Origin: Candidatus Omnitrophota bacterium
Lineage (GTDB): Bacteria > Omnitrophota > Gorgyraeia > Velamenicoccales > Velamenicoccaceae
DNA length: 64,000 nucleotides
Assembly (NCBI GenBank): GCA_020052645.1
Contig: JAGVOQ010000011.1
Location: forward strand, 40,890-104,889
Reading direction: 5' to 3'
Part shown: one piece after another, positions 55,258 to 64,000 of the stretch
How the letters are laid out: each line of letters begins with the position of its first letter
Numbering within the stretch: the first letter of the stretch is position 1
Notes under the pieces: model-generated
The model's input: only the letters and a program-made list of their open reading frames with translations
What the model was told of the DNA's origin: nothing
Databases searched by the model: none
Program-made: the position numbers and the translations under genes

Positions 55258-56892
55258 TCATCGACGGATCAAAACTATTAATAAAAACGTATAGAAGAAA
55301 TAAAATAAAAAAATGTTCTTTTCTTTTGCCCCTGATCGTTGAATATAGAAAAAATTTAATGCCCCGTATAAAAATGAAAACGGCAAAAGAAAAAAGGGAA
55401 TCCGTACAACCACAGTTAAGCGAAGAACTAAAGGTATAATCGCATAGCTGACAAAAACACAGAAAGCAATCAAAGCTCTCGCCTTTCTTGCACCCAAAAG
55501 GACAGGCAAAGAATAAACATGAGCGCATTTATCTCCTTCGATATCCTTTAGGTCTTTAATAGATGAGGATAAAAAGAATACAATGAATACTAAAAACCAA
55601 ATCGGCGCATACGCAAAATTCAACGAGCTTTCAGCCTGTAAAGACAGCTGGCCTATTAAAAATGCCATTAAAGCTTCACTGCCGATAATCAACGATGAGG
55701 TCAGAAAAAATTTTTTTATTCTAAAAGGGGGCAAAGAATATACAGCGTAGAACGCGACGAAGATCATCGTCATCATAAAGCACGCGTCTCCAACCCAGAG
55801 AGAAAACAAAAAAGCAAAAGCCAGATAAACAAAACCGACTTTGGAATACTCCTCTTTTCCTATCACCTGAGTCACCAAGGGCCTGTCTGTGTTGGAAACC
55901 TTGTCGCACTCCACATCAACAACATCATTCGTCACAACAGAAAACTGGAAAGCAAAAAATATAGACGCCAATATCCCAAAAACTTTTAAAAAGAGAAAAT
56001 AATCATTATTTCCTGTATTCAGCAAATAGAATAAAAGGCCCAAGACAGCCAGTAGCATATAGTGTAAGGAGCGCGTCCATCTTAAATTCCTGACTAAAGC
56101 CAGCCATTTATTTCTGTCATATCGATAATACCAGACCACAACCGTGACAAAAGCCACAAAAAGCTCTACAATCATTAAATTCTGGTCCAAAAACACTCCC
56201 TCTGAAACAACCTCCGATCCTCTTGACCCTAGCCCTAAAAGATTTCTTAAGAAATGGACAGCTGTATGCAGGAAAGGCGTAACAAAAACACAGGTGTTAA
56301 TAAAAATTCCCGGGATCGCGATGTAAAAAAAACAGGTAGCAAATATGAAAAAGGCCCCGCCTAAGGATAAAAAAACTTTGCGTCTTTTTAAAAAAATATA
56401 AACAAATGATCCTAAAGTAGCTAAGGCAATCTCCAGGCGTAACGTCAACGGGAAGTCAGCGATTCTGAAAAAAGGGTTAAAGAAATTGATAAAATTTAAG
56501 CCTACATTTTCTGTGATATAAAAATATTCCATTTCCTTTTTAGTCAATAATATAAAGATAAAGTCAACAATGGCGGGGAAAAGGATCAAAGGGAAAAAGT
56601 ATATCGCAAGTTTAGAAACTTTGACAATATCAGTTTGCGTAAAAAAATGCAGGAAAACAATAATGGTTAAAAGAAGTGATAAAAAAAACAATGGAAAGTG
56701 TACGAGATAAAATGGGTGGATAAAAGGAAATTCTTTCCCGGTCATCACTGTTTCAAAAGCACAGCGTAAAACAACGATACATAAACTCGCAAAAATCCAC
56801 TGGCCAAAGGTCAAAGGGCTTTCCTCGCAAAATCGGATCATTTCTTTAATTTTATTCATAAGCATCCTTTTTTGATGAATCCTGTGTTCCAA
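55258..56892 (-). CDS. UbiA-family prenyltransferase fused to an N-terminal polytopic domain
   Basis: C-terminal half carries VVTNDVVDVECD (NDxxDxxxD) and DLKDIEGD (DxxDxxxD). About 290 aa of extra TM domain lie upstream. Several start codons are possible (56892, 56865, 56859). Confidence 0.7.
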   Translation of the reverse strand: MEHRIHQKRMLMNKIKEMIRFCEESPLTFGQWIFASLCIVVLRCAFETVMTGKEFPFIHPFYLVHFPLFFLSLLLTIIVFLHFFTQTDIVKVSKLAIYFFPLILFPAIVDFIFILLTKKEMEYFYITENVGLNFINFFNPFFRIADFPLTLRLEIALATLGSFVYIFLKRRKVFLSLGGAFFIFATCFFYIAIPGIFINTCVFVTPFLHTAVHFLRNLLGLGSRGSEVVSEGVFLDQNLMIVELFVAFVTVVVWYYRYDRNKWLALVRNLRWTRSLHYMLLAVLGLLFYLLNTGNNDYFLFLKVFGILASIFFAFQFSVVTNDVVDVECDKVSNTDRPLVTQVIGKEEYSKVGFVYLAFAFLFSLWVGDACFMMTMIFVAFYAVYSLPPFRIKKFFLTSSLIIGSEALMAFLIGQLSLQAESSLNFAYAPIWFLVFIVFFLSSSIKDLKDIEGDKCAHVYSLPVLLGARKARALIAFCVFVSYAIIPLVLRLTVVVRIPFFLLPFSFLYGALNFFYIQRSGAKEKNIFLFYFFYTFLLIVLIRR

Positions 56893-59047
56893 AGACAGTG
56901 TTTAATTTCTTCTGGATACTTTCATCATGAAAACCCAATTGATCAGCCTCTTTATAGCACTGTGCGGCCAGTTCATATCTCTTCTTTTTTAAATACAGCA
57001 GGGTTAAATTTTTATAACTGACTGCCGACGGCTTAATCGCCAGCGCCTTTTTAAATGACAAAACAGCTTCCTCATCATATCCTAAGCGAGCATGCACAAC
57101 GCCCAGATTATTATAGTTTTCACCATCTAGGGGATCAATAATAGCAGCTTTTTTAAGCAGGCTTAAAGCTTCTTCGTTTCGTCCTCTAGATAAAAAAACC
57201 GTACCTAAATGGCGATAGCCGATCCCAAGATCCGGGTTGATTTCAATCACCCTCTTAAAGCACTGTCCAGCAGCCTCCATTTGATTTCGGTTATAGTAAA
57301 GCATTCCAAGGACAGCAAAGGCTTCAGCGAAATCGGGCTTAGTCTCAACAGCCTTTTGACAAGCCTCCAAAGCGCGATCAAAATGGCCCTGGCGGTCATA
57401 AGCGACACAAAGGTTCATGTACGCGTTAGGCTTGGCAGGCTCGCTTGCGACAGCTCGCTTTAAAAATTCAATCGCGCGGTCCTGTTCCCCCACCTCACTG
57501 GCAAGGCTTCCGAGATTATTAAGAGCAAAATAATGACGCGGCTGGATACTCAGGGTTTTTTTAAAAGAAAGGATTGCCCTTTCTCGATCTCCTCGATCCT
57601 GAAGTGCCTTGCCTAAATTATTATAAATCGTGGTTGAATTTTTTGCCCCTGGATTATTCTTAACCGCGTCACTCCATAACGTCACGCTGTCTTTCCAAAC
57701 CTTACATCTCTCATACGTCAAAAAAACACCCCAGGCTATTAAACATGACAAAAACGCCAAAAAGACAAATTGCATCTTGCGACTCCTAAGAGTCCGCTCT
57801 CTGGTCAGCAACGCAATAAAACCTGAGCTTGCAATATAGAAGAAACCTATAGAAGCAATATAGACATACCGATCCGCAACGATAATAGAACCCGCAGGAA
57901 CAAATTGAAGAACCGGCAATAAAATAACAACATAAAACAAGACACCAAAAACTAAGTTTTTGCGGGTCTTAAAAGCAAAAAAAAGCAACAACCCACAGGC
58001 AAATACAAGCACCGGAGTCAAAAAATAAATAAGGGGTAAATCGCCTAAGTTCAATCCTGAATAAGGATATAAATTGCATAAACCAAAAGGGAAAAGAAGC
58101 TTATAAATATAAAAAACAAGCACAAAGTTAGCGATAATGAACGAAGAAAAAAAATTAAGAAACTCACTATGACGAATCGCGTGGCTTTCAAAAGCGGCGA
58201 AGAGGGCCATATACGCAAAAACAAAAGCTACTGTAAAAAAAGGAATCTTGTCCATCCAAAACTCTTTAGTTTTTTTACGACTGAAGAGGTAATCCAGAAG
58301 AAACAAAACAAGAGGCAATGTCATGGCCATAGCTTTTGACAAAAGAGACGCTAAAAACAACACTAAAGAAATAAAGTAAGCGCCATTCAGGCGACCTTTA
58401 CGTAAATAATATAAATAACTAATCAAGGCGCCTAAAAAAAACAAAGAATACAAAACATCCTTGCGCTCGCTGATCCATGCAACAGACTCCACGTGCATCG
58501 GATGAATGCCAAATAACAATGCCGTCAATAAAGCGACAGGGGCATTGGCGCTTATCATCATAACAAACCATGCCACGAGAGCCGTATTGACAATATGCAG
58601 ACAAAGATTTGTCAGATGATAGCCAAAAGGATCTTGTTTAAAAAAATGATACGTAGAAGCAAAAGAAAGAATGGTCAAGGGCTGGTAATGACCGATAAAA
58701 AAAGAGGTGGAAATTTTCTTTAAGTGAGCGAGAGAAAAAGATTTTATAGCAGAGTTGTTCTTAACATAAGCCTCATCATCCCAATTGACAAAGCCATTTT
58801 TAAGAGAAGGACTGAAAGCCAAAAACGTTATTATTAAAATAAGTGCAAGCGCACCATAAAATTTTATACCCGGCGACCTAAAACCGCGCCCTTTAAAAGA
58901 CGCACCTGCCTTCCGACCCTCGGCTTCGCTGCGAGGCGAGCAGACAGAGATGTTTATGGCCGCTTGAACATTCCGCTTAAAAAAGAACCACAGACTTTTG
59001 GCCTGGGTAGGCTCCATTTTTTTTTGAAATTCATGCATTTTGCTCAA
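56852..59047 (-). CDS. TMTC-like GT-C glycosyltransferase with a C-terminal TPR array
   Basis: VNWDDEAYV first-loop motif and about 11 TM segments. About 8 TPR repeats follow (YNNLGKALQDRGD..., ALNNLGSLAS..., YMNLCVAY...). Confidence 0.7.
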   Translation of the reverse strand: MSKMHEFQKKMEPTQAKSLWFFFKRNVQAAINISVCSPRSEAEGRKAGASFKGRGFRSPGIKFYGALALILIITFLAFSPSLKNGFVNWDDEAYVKNNSAIKSFSLAHLKKISTSFFIGHYQPLTILSFASTYHFFKQDPFGYHLTNLCLHIVNTALVAWFVMMISANAPVALLTALLFGIHPMHVESVAWISERKDVLYSLFFLGALISYLYYLRKGRLNGAYFISLVLFLASLLSKAMAMTLPLVLFLLDYLFSRKKTKEFWMDKIPFFTVAFVFAYMALFAAFESHAIRHSEFLNFFSSFIIANFVLVFYIYKLLFPFGLCNLYPYSGLNLGDLPLIYFLTPVLVFACGLLLFFAFKTRKNLVFGVLFYVVILLPVLQFVPAGSIIVADRYVYIASIGFFYIASSGFIALLTRERTLRSRKMQFVFLAFLSCLIAWGVFLTYERCKVWKDSVTLWSDAVKNNPGAKNSTTIYNNLGKALQDRGDRERAILSFKKTLSIQPRHYFALNNLGSLASEVGEQDRAIEFLKRAVASEPAKPNAYMNLCVAYDRQGHFDRALEACQKAVETKPDFAEAFAVLGMLYYNRNQMEAAGQCFKRVIEINPDLGIGYRHLGTVFLSRGRNEEALSLLKKAAIIDPLDGENYNNLGVVHARLGYDEEAVLSFKKALAIKPSAVSYKNLTLLYLKKKRYELAAQCYKEADQLGFHDESIQKKLNTVFGTQDSSKKDAYE

Positions 59048-59081
59048 GCAATAATACGGCGCAAAAGTTAACTATCTATAT

Positions 59082-60347
59082 TTATTTCCAGCCAATTTTT
59101 TTATAATAATCCGGCAATTCTTTTATAGAAGCATATTGATCAATCATCTGACAGGCTTCTTCAAAAGAGAGAGGCTTGATAGGCGCACCTTCAGGAAATA
59201 ACGATTGTAACTGAGAGATTTTTTCTTTTAAGGGACATTTCCTGAAAGGGCTCTTAAATTGAGCGGTGAGTTTTTTCCATTCGGTTTCAAAAGGCTCTTG
59301 GCGTATATTTCCAAAAGCCACCTGAAAAAAATCGCAAGGAAACAAATTCCCGAAAGCATCGATATACATGCAACCCTTGCCTCCGCTGCACCCCATATTC
59401 TGTTCGCGCTCAGCAAAAGGGATCGACATCCAGTTAGGCCAATCTTTTCTATCTTGAGCCTTAGAACAAAAATCATCCAAAATTTTATTTTCTGCGTCAC
59501 CAAGAAAAAAATCCTCCTTTTTCCATGTCCAGTTTCCCGACGGCAAAGGCTCCGTAATTCGAATTTCCTGAACTCCTAATCCTTTGGCAAATTTCCAATA
59601 ATCAGTTAAGAACTTGTCATTAACAACATCTTTGCGAACCGTTAGATGAATAGCCGTATAAAATCGATTTTTTAAAGACACCTCAATAGCGTCCAGGGCC
59701 GTACGAAAGGCAAGCTCAGACCTCCTGAAGAGGTTGTGTTCTTTTGCATCGTAATGGTCCAAACTAATAGAAACATAAGAAAGCCCTGCGTCCTTTAAAC
59801 GCGCGGCCCTATCTTGATGAAGCCCATCTCCTGACGTCAATAGAATGCTGGTCGCCCTTTCGTCAATACTTTTGACGATTTGCTCTAGATCAGGCCTCAG
59901 CAACGGCTCACCACCAGTTAAAGCAATAAGACAAATACCAAAATCCTGAAGTTCTTTTACGAGCTCGACCAACCTTTGTGTTGAAAGCTCTTCTCCGACC
60001 CGATAGGTTCGACTGCAATGCGAACAATTAAAATGGCATTTATGAGTCACAGCCAAATTCAATTGATAAGGACGGGCTTGGCCATTAAAATCTAGAATTT
60101 GTTTTTGTTTATAACGCTCAAAGGCAGGACTCGGAAAAGGCGGCAAGAATGTTGACAAGACATAACGACCATCTAATTTCGTTAACTTAGCCTTCTGGTT
60201 TTGACGAAATAGAAACCACAGGATAGACAAGGACGGTTTTTTTAGCCTTTTTTCCTTTATCCATTCATTCAATCTATTGCATGATTTTCTATCTAAAAGG
60301 TGTTTTAATAGAATCAAATCTCTTTTTATCCCGACAATTTGTTCCAT
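59082..60347 (-). CDS. radical SAM enzyme with a twitch-like C-terminal Cys cluster
   Basis: AVTHKCHFNCSHCS, LTGGEPLLRPDL and GCSGGKGCMYIDAFGNLFPC. Confidence 0.8.
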   Translation of the reverse strand: MEQIVGIKRDLILLKHLLDRKSCNRLNEWIKEKRLKKPSLSILWFLFRQNQKAKLTKLDGRYVLSTFLPPFPSPAFERYKQKQILDFNGQARPYQLNLAVTHKCHFNCSHCSRTYRVGEELSTQRLVELVKELQDFGICLIALTGGEPLLRPDLEQIVKSIDERATSILLTSGDGLHQDRAARLKDAGLSYVSISLDHYDAKEHNLFRRSELAFRTALDAIEVSLKNRFYTAIHLTVRKDVVNDKFLTDYWKFAKGLGVQEIRITEPLPSGNWTWKKEDFFLGDAENKILDDFCSKAQDRKDWPNWMSIPFAEREQNMGCSGGKGCMYIDAFGNLFPCDFFQVAFGNIRQEPFETEWKKLTAQFKSPFRKCPLKEKISQLQSLFPEGAPIKPLSFEEACQMIDQYASIKELPDYYKKIGWK

Positions 60348-60367
60348 AGCACTCCTTTTAAAAAAAA

Positions 60368-61255
60368 TTAACCAACTAAAACTTTTAAAGCCTTCAGATA
60401 TTTCTCAGATGTCTTCTTAATAATCTCTTCGGAAACTTCCGGCGCAGGAGGCGTCTTATCCCATTTTAAACTCTCCAGATAATCACGCATAAACTGTTTA
60501 TCAAAACTTGGGCAAGACGCGCCGACACGATAACTCTCCTTAGGCCAGAACCTCGATGAATCCGGGGTCAGCGCTTCATCAATCAAAATCAGCTTATTCT
60601 GAAAATAGCCGAATTCAAACTTTGTGTCAGCGATAATAATGCCCTTGGTCTCGGCATATCGGCTCGCCTGAACATAAAGCGCCAGGCTTTTCTCTTTTAT
60701 CTCGCAAAATGCGTCCTCTCCGATAAGTTTTTTAGCCTCGGCATCGTTGATATTCAAATCATGTCCGGATTCAGCTTTGGTCGATGGCGTAAAAATAGGC
60801 TGAGGTAATTTTTCTGATTCCTTTAAACCTTTGGGCAAAGCAACACCACAGACAGAAGCCTTATCCCTATATTCCTTCCACCCCGACCCTGATAAATATC
60901 CGCGTACAATACATTCAATAGGAAGACTCTTAGCTTTTTTAACAAGCATGGATCTGCCTGCAAGAATTTTTTTATAAGGCTTTAGGCTTTCAGGATATTT
61001 ATCTACGTCAGCCGTCACCAAATGATTGACAACGATATTTTTAAGATACTCGAACCAAAAAAGAGAAATCGCTGTAAGAACACGCCCCTTTTCAGGGATA
61101 CCGCATCCTAAAACAACGTCAAAACATGAAATACGATCAGTGGCTACAATCAAGAGATTATCGCCCAAATCGTAGACATCGCGGACCTTGCCTTTTTTCA
61201 ATAACTTTATTTCCGGAAATTCCGTCGTTAGAAGAATACTATCTCTTTTTTCCAT
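60368..61255 (-). CDS. purC: SAICAR synthetase
   Basis: GKVRDVYD, ATDRISCFD, LIADTKFEFG and IDEALTPDSSRFW. Confidence 0.92.
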   Translation of the reverse strand: MEKRDSILLTTEFPEIKLLKKGKVRDVYDLGDNLLIVATDRISCFDVVLGCGIPEKGRVLTAISLFWFEYLKNIVVNHLVTADVDKYPESLKPYKKILAGRSMLVKKAKSLPIECIVRGYLSGSGWKEYRDKASVCGVALPKGLKESEKLPQPIFTPSTKAESGHDLNINDAEAKKLIGEDAFCEIKEKSLALYVQASRYAETKGIIIADTKFEFGYFQNKLILIDEALTPDSSRFWPKESYRVGASCPSFDKQFMRDYLESLKWDKTPPAPEVSEEIIKKTSEKYLKALKVLVG

Positions 61256-61292
61256 TTTATTTTTTTCCTATAGACTATCGATTATCGTCTAA

Positions 61293-63101
61293 TTATTCCT
61301 GAAGTCTTCTATTCTGCTCTTCCCACTCTTTCCAAATCTCCTTAGGAAGCTTATCATCGAAAGTCTTTAAAAACTCCTTCTGAGATTCCATTTCCTGAAG
61401 CCACTCAAATTTATCAATTTCAAGAAGCTTGGCCAAATTCTCCTTAGATAAATGCAGGCCGGTCATATCTAAGCTATCAGGAGTAGGCACATAGCCAATG
61501 GGGGTTTTTTGGGCGCCTGTGGATTTATTGCATCGATCTAAAATCCATTCTAGGATCCTTAAATTTTCTCCATAACCAGGCCATAAAAACTTCCCCTGCT
61601 CATCCAAACGAAACCAATTAACATGAAAAATTTTCGGGACTTTTTCAAGCCGTTGCCCAATAGTCAGCCAGTGTTTAAAGTAATCCCCCATGTGATATCC
61701 ACAAAATGGCAGCATCGCCATAGGGTCACGACGCACCTCGCCTTGTTCACCAAACTGAGCCGCCGTTCGCTCTGAAGCCATGGTTGCTCCGACATAAACA
61801 CCATGTTGCCAACTAAAAGACTCATAGACGAGCGGCGCCACATGAGCCCTGCGACCACCAAAAACAATCGCTGAAATAGGAACACCATGATGATGCTCAA
61901 GTCTAAAAGAAATAGACGGGCACTGCGCCGCAGGAGTTGTAAAACGACTATTGGCATGCGCCGCCTTGATGCTATTCCCTTTTTCGTCTTTTAAGCCCGG
62001 TTTCCAAGGCCTTCCCTGCCAATCCATCCCTTCGCTTGGGGCCAGCTCATCACTATTCTCCCACCACACAGTAAAATCTTTTTTCAGAAGGACATTAGTA
62101 AAAATTGTGTTTTTCTTAATGGTGGCAACGGCATTGGGATTTGTTTTAGAATTAGTCCCCGGGGCGACACCAAAAAAACCGCTTTCCGGATTAATAGCCC
62201 ATAAACCTCCGTCTGTATCGATCCTCATCCAGGCGATATCATCGCCAACAGTCCAAATTTTATAACCTTTAACTTTTAAACCCTCAGGCGGGATCAACAT
62301 GGCGAGGTTCGTCTTGCCGCAGGCGCTCGGAAAAGCCGCAGCGATATATTCAACGTGACCATTAGGTTCTTCAACGCCCATGATCAGCATATGTTCAGCC
62401 AGCCATCCTTCTTGACGCGCCAAAAAGCTTGCGATCCTTAAAGATAGGCACTTTTTCCCTAAAAGTACATTTCCGCCATATCCCGAATTAACGCTCCAAA
62501 TCGTATTGTCCTCGGGAAAATGTAAAATGAGTCTCTTGTTAATATCTAACTCAGCCTTTGAATGAAGGCACTTGGTAAATTCTCCTTCAGCGCCCAAATA
62601 ATCTAAAACTTTTTGTCCGACACGCGTCATGATGCGCATATTCAAGACAACATAAATACTGTCCGTAAGCTCAACCCCGACCTTGCTAAAAGGAGATCCT
62701 ATAGGCCCCATAGAAAAAGGAACAACATACATGGTCCTTCCTTTCATGGAACCTTTAAAATAAGCTCCCGCTTTCTTATAGCCTTCTTTAGGAGCCATCC
62801 AATTATTTGTGGGTCCGGCGTCTTTCTTATTTTTACTACAGATAAAGGTTAGATTCTCCGTGCGGGCAACATCATTAACAGCCGTGCGATGATAAAAACA
62901 ACCAGGGAGCTTCTCCTGATTCAAGCGGATGACCTCACCCGTTGCTACCGCCTCATCCTCGAGCCTCTTTTTTTCTTCCTCTGATCCCTCGATCCAAACA
63001 ATCCGTTCAGGTTTACACAAAGCCGCCATCCCAGACACCCAAAGCTTGAGCTTTATGTTAAGCGTCTTTGGTCCATCATCGGAAGAAAATAATGAAGCCA
63101 T
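61293..63101 (-). CDS. pckG: phosphoenolpyruvate carboxykinase (GTP)
   Basis: FPSACGKTNLAML, WMRID and the GYGGN... and NWF motifs of GTP-PEPCK. Confidence 0.92.
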   Translation of the reverse strand: MASLFSSDDGPKTLNIKLKLWVSGMAALCKPERIVWIEGSEEEKKRLEDEAVATGEVIRLNQEKLPGCFYHRTAVNDVARTENLTFICSKNKKDAGPTNNWMAPKEGYKKAGAYFKGSMKGRTMYVVPFSMGPIGSPFSKVGVELTDSIYVVLNMRIMTRVGQKVLDYLGAEGEFTKCLHSKAELDINKRLILHFPEDNTIWSVNSGYGGNVLLGKKCLSLRIASFLARQEGWLAEHMLIMGVEEPNGHVEYIAAAFPSACGKTNLAMLIPPEGLKVKGYKIWTVGDDIAWMRIDTDGGLWAINPESGFFGVAPGTNSKTNPNAVATIKKNTIFTNVLLKKDFTVWWENSDELAPSEGMDWQGRPWKPGLKDEKGNSIKAAHANSRFTTPAAQCPSISFRLEHHHGVPISAIVFGGRRAHVAPLVYESFSWQHGVYVGATMASERTAAQFGEQGEVRRDPMAMLPFCGYHMGDYFKHWLTIGQRLEKVPKIFHVNWFRLDEQGKFLWPGYGENLRILEWILDRCNKSTGAQKTPIGYVPTPDSLDMTGLHLSKENLAKLLEIDKFEWLQEMESQKEFLKTFDDKLPKEIWKEWEEQNRRLQE

Positions 63102-63132
63102 CTATATAGTCCTTCTATAGTGAGTCTTTTTG

Positions 63133-63606
63133 TTATTTTTTAATTTCCGCTGAAATCTCATTTACAGGAACCGACATGAGTGAATTTTTCAACACAGCCC
63201 ATGTCTTAGGCCCCACCTTACCATCTGTCCTAAGATTATTCTGGCTTTGAAATTCCTTAATCGCCATCTTCGTCTTTGGCCCTAGCTTCCCGTCAACAGA
63301 CCCTTCGTAAAGCCCGAGATTTTTCAGGGCTTTCTGGATCATAAAGATATCCGGGGTCTCAGAAGAGACGCTTTCCGATGAAACAGATGCCTCAACCAAA
63401 GGCGCGGCATCCTGATTAACAACAATCCCATTATTTGTATTCTGCGACGCAGGCATCTGATTGCCTTCAACCGATTGACTCAAAAGTTTATCCGCTCCAT
63501 TCAAACTTAAGGTCTCCGCATTCAGCACTTCTTCCGGCTTAGGGGCCTTTTTACACCCAACGATCGTCAATGATAAAACCGCCATTAGTACAATAAAAAT
63601 TCTCAC
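63133..63606 (-). CDS. lipoprotein with a C-terminal peptidoglycan-binding (PG_binding_1) domain
   Basis: Lipobox LTIVGC and IQKALKNLGLYEGSVDGKLGPKTKMAIKEFQ. Confidence 0.7.
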   Translation of the reverse strand: MRIFIVLMAVLSLTIVGCKKAPKPEEVLNAETLSLNGADKLLSQSVEGNQMPASQNTNNGIVVNQDAAPLVEASVSSESVSSETPDIFMIQKALKNLGLYEGSVDGKLGPKTKMAIKEFQSQNNLRTDGKVGPKTWAVLKNSLMSVPVNEISAEIKK

Positions 63607-63641
63607 GACCGATCTCCTTTCTTCAAAAAATCCAATATTAT

Positions 63642-64000
63642 TTAAGAAATATACTTTAGAAGTTTTTCCTTAGTGGCCGGGCCAGCAATGCCATCAACTT
63701 TCAAACCTTCGGCTTCTTGAAATTTTTTCACAGCGGCCTTCGTTTGGGCTCCAAACTTCCCATCGATTTCACCTTCATAATAACCGGCTTTTTTAAGAGC
63801 TTCCTGAACCTGCGTTTTCTTCATGTCCTGAGCTGTCACTTCACCAATCGCAGCCTGCGCGACCTCGAGAGCGGATGCGCCAGATGTATTATTTTCCGCA
63901 ACAACCTCCTGAGTGCTTGAAGCAGATTCCTTATTTTTCAAAGTTTCTGACAACGATGATTTTGTCGTACTGCAGCCGGAAATAACAAATAATCCTATGA
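63642..64000 (-). CDS. lipoprotein with a PG_binding_1 domain (N-terminus beyond the window end)
   Basis: The frame stays open upstream of the track's TTG start: ...IGLFVISGCSTTKSSLSETLKN (lipobox). The C-terminus reads VQEALKKAGYYEGEIDGKFGAQTKAAVKKFQ. Confidence 0.7.
   Translation of the reverse strand, partial: IGLFVISGCSTTKSSLSETLKNKESASSTQEVVAENNTSGASALEVAQAAIGEVTAQDMKKTQVQEALKKAGYYEGEIDGKFGAQTKAAVKKFQEAEGLKVDGIAGPATKEKLLKYIS

Overview
This 64-kb window is a moderately AT-rich bacterial chromosome segment. The lineage cannot be assigned by eye. The gene content (many radical-SAM enzymes, thioredoxin-type ArsC, GTP-PEPCK) suggests an anaerobic, probably uncultivated organism. It holds about 60 protein genes, nearly all on the minus strand, and 4 tRNAs.

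Gene order:
- A partial PAS sensor, secreted hypothetical proteins and AsmA.
- An arsenic operon: DUF134 regulator, ArsP-like permease, ArsM, two thioredoxin-fold proteins, CcdA and ACR3.
- arsC joined to a complete pstSCAB-B'-phoU operon, then a porin-like barrel, phoBR, and arsR-methyltransferase-dsrE.
- tRNA-fMet; eno-ftsB; an FtsH paralogue; purN; an FMN-binding protein and an MFS transporter; tRNA-Thr.
- A 13.3-kb operon with six radical-SAM enzymes, two GT2 domains and a Wzm/Wzt exporter. This is the most unusual system in the window.
- comEC/comEA, leuS, nfo; tRNA-Ala; NfeD/SPFH; tRNA-Leu.
- A cluster of three GT-C glycosyltransferases, a UbiA prenyltransferase fusion and another radical-SAM enzyme.
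- purC, pckG and two peptidoglycan-binding lipoproteins.

The intergenic DNA is unusually rich in small repeat families. These include a 31-bp palindrome flanked by TAAA duplications, a box-hairpin-box element, a 69-bp repeat, and tRNA-derived scars and minihelices next to all four tRNAs.

All product calls come from motif recognition by eye; no database search was run.
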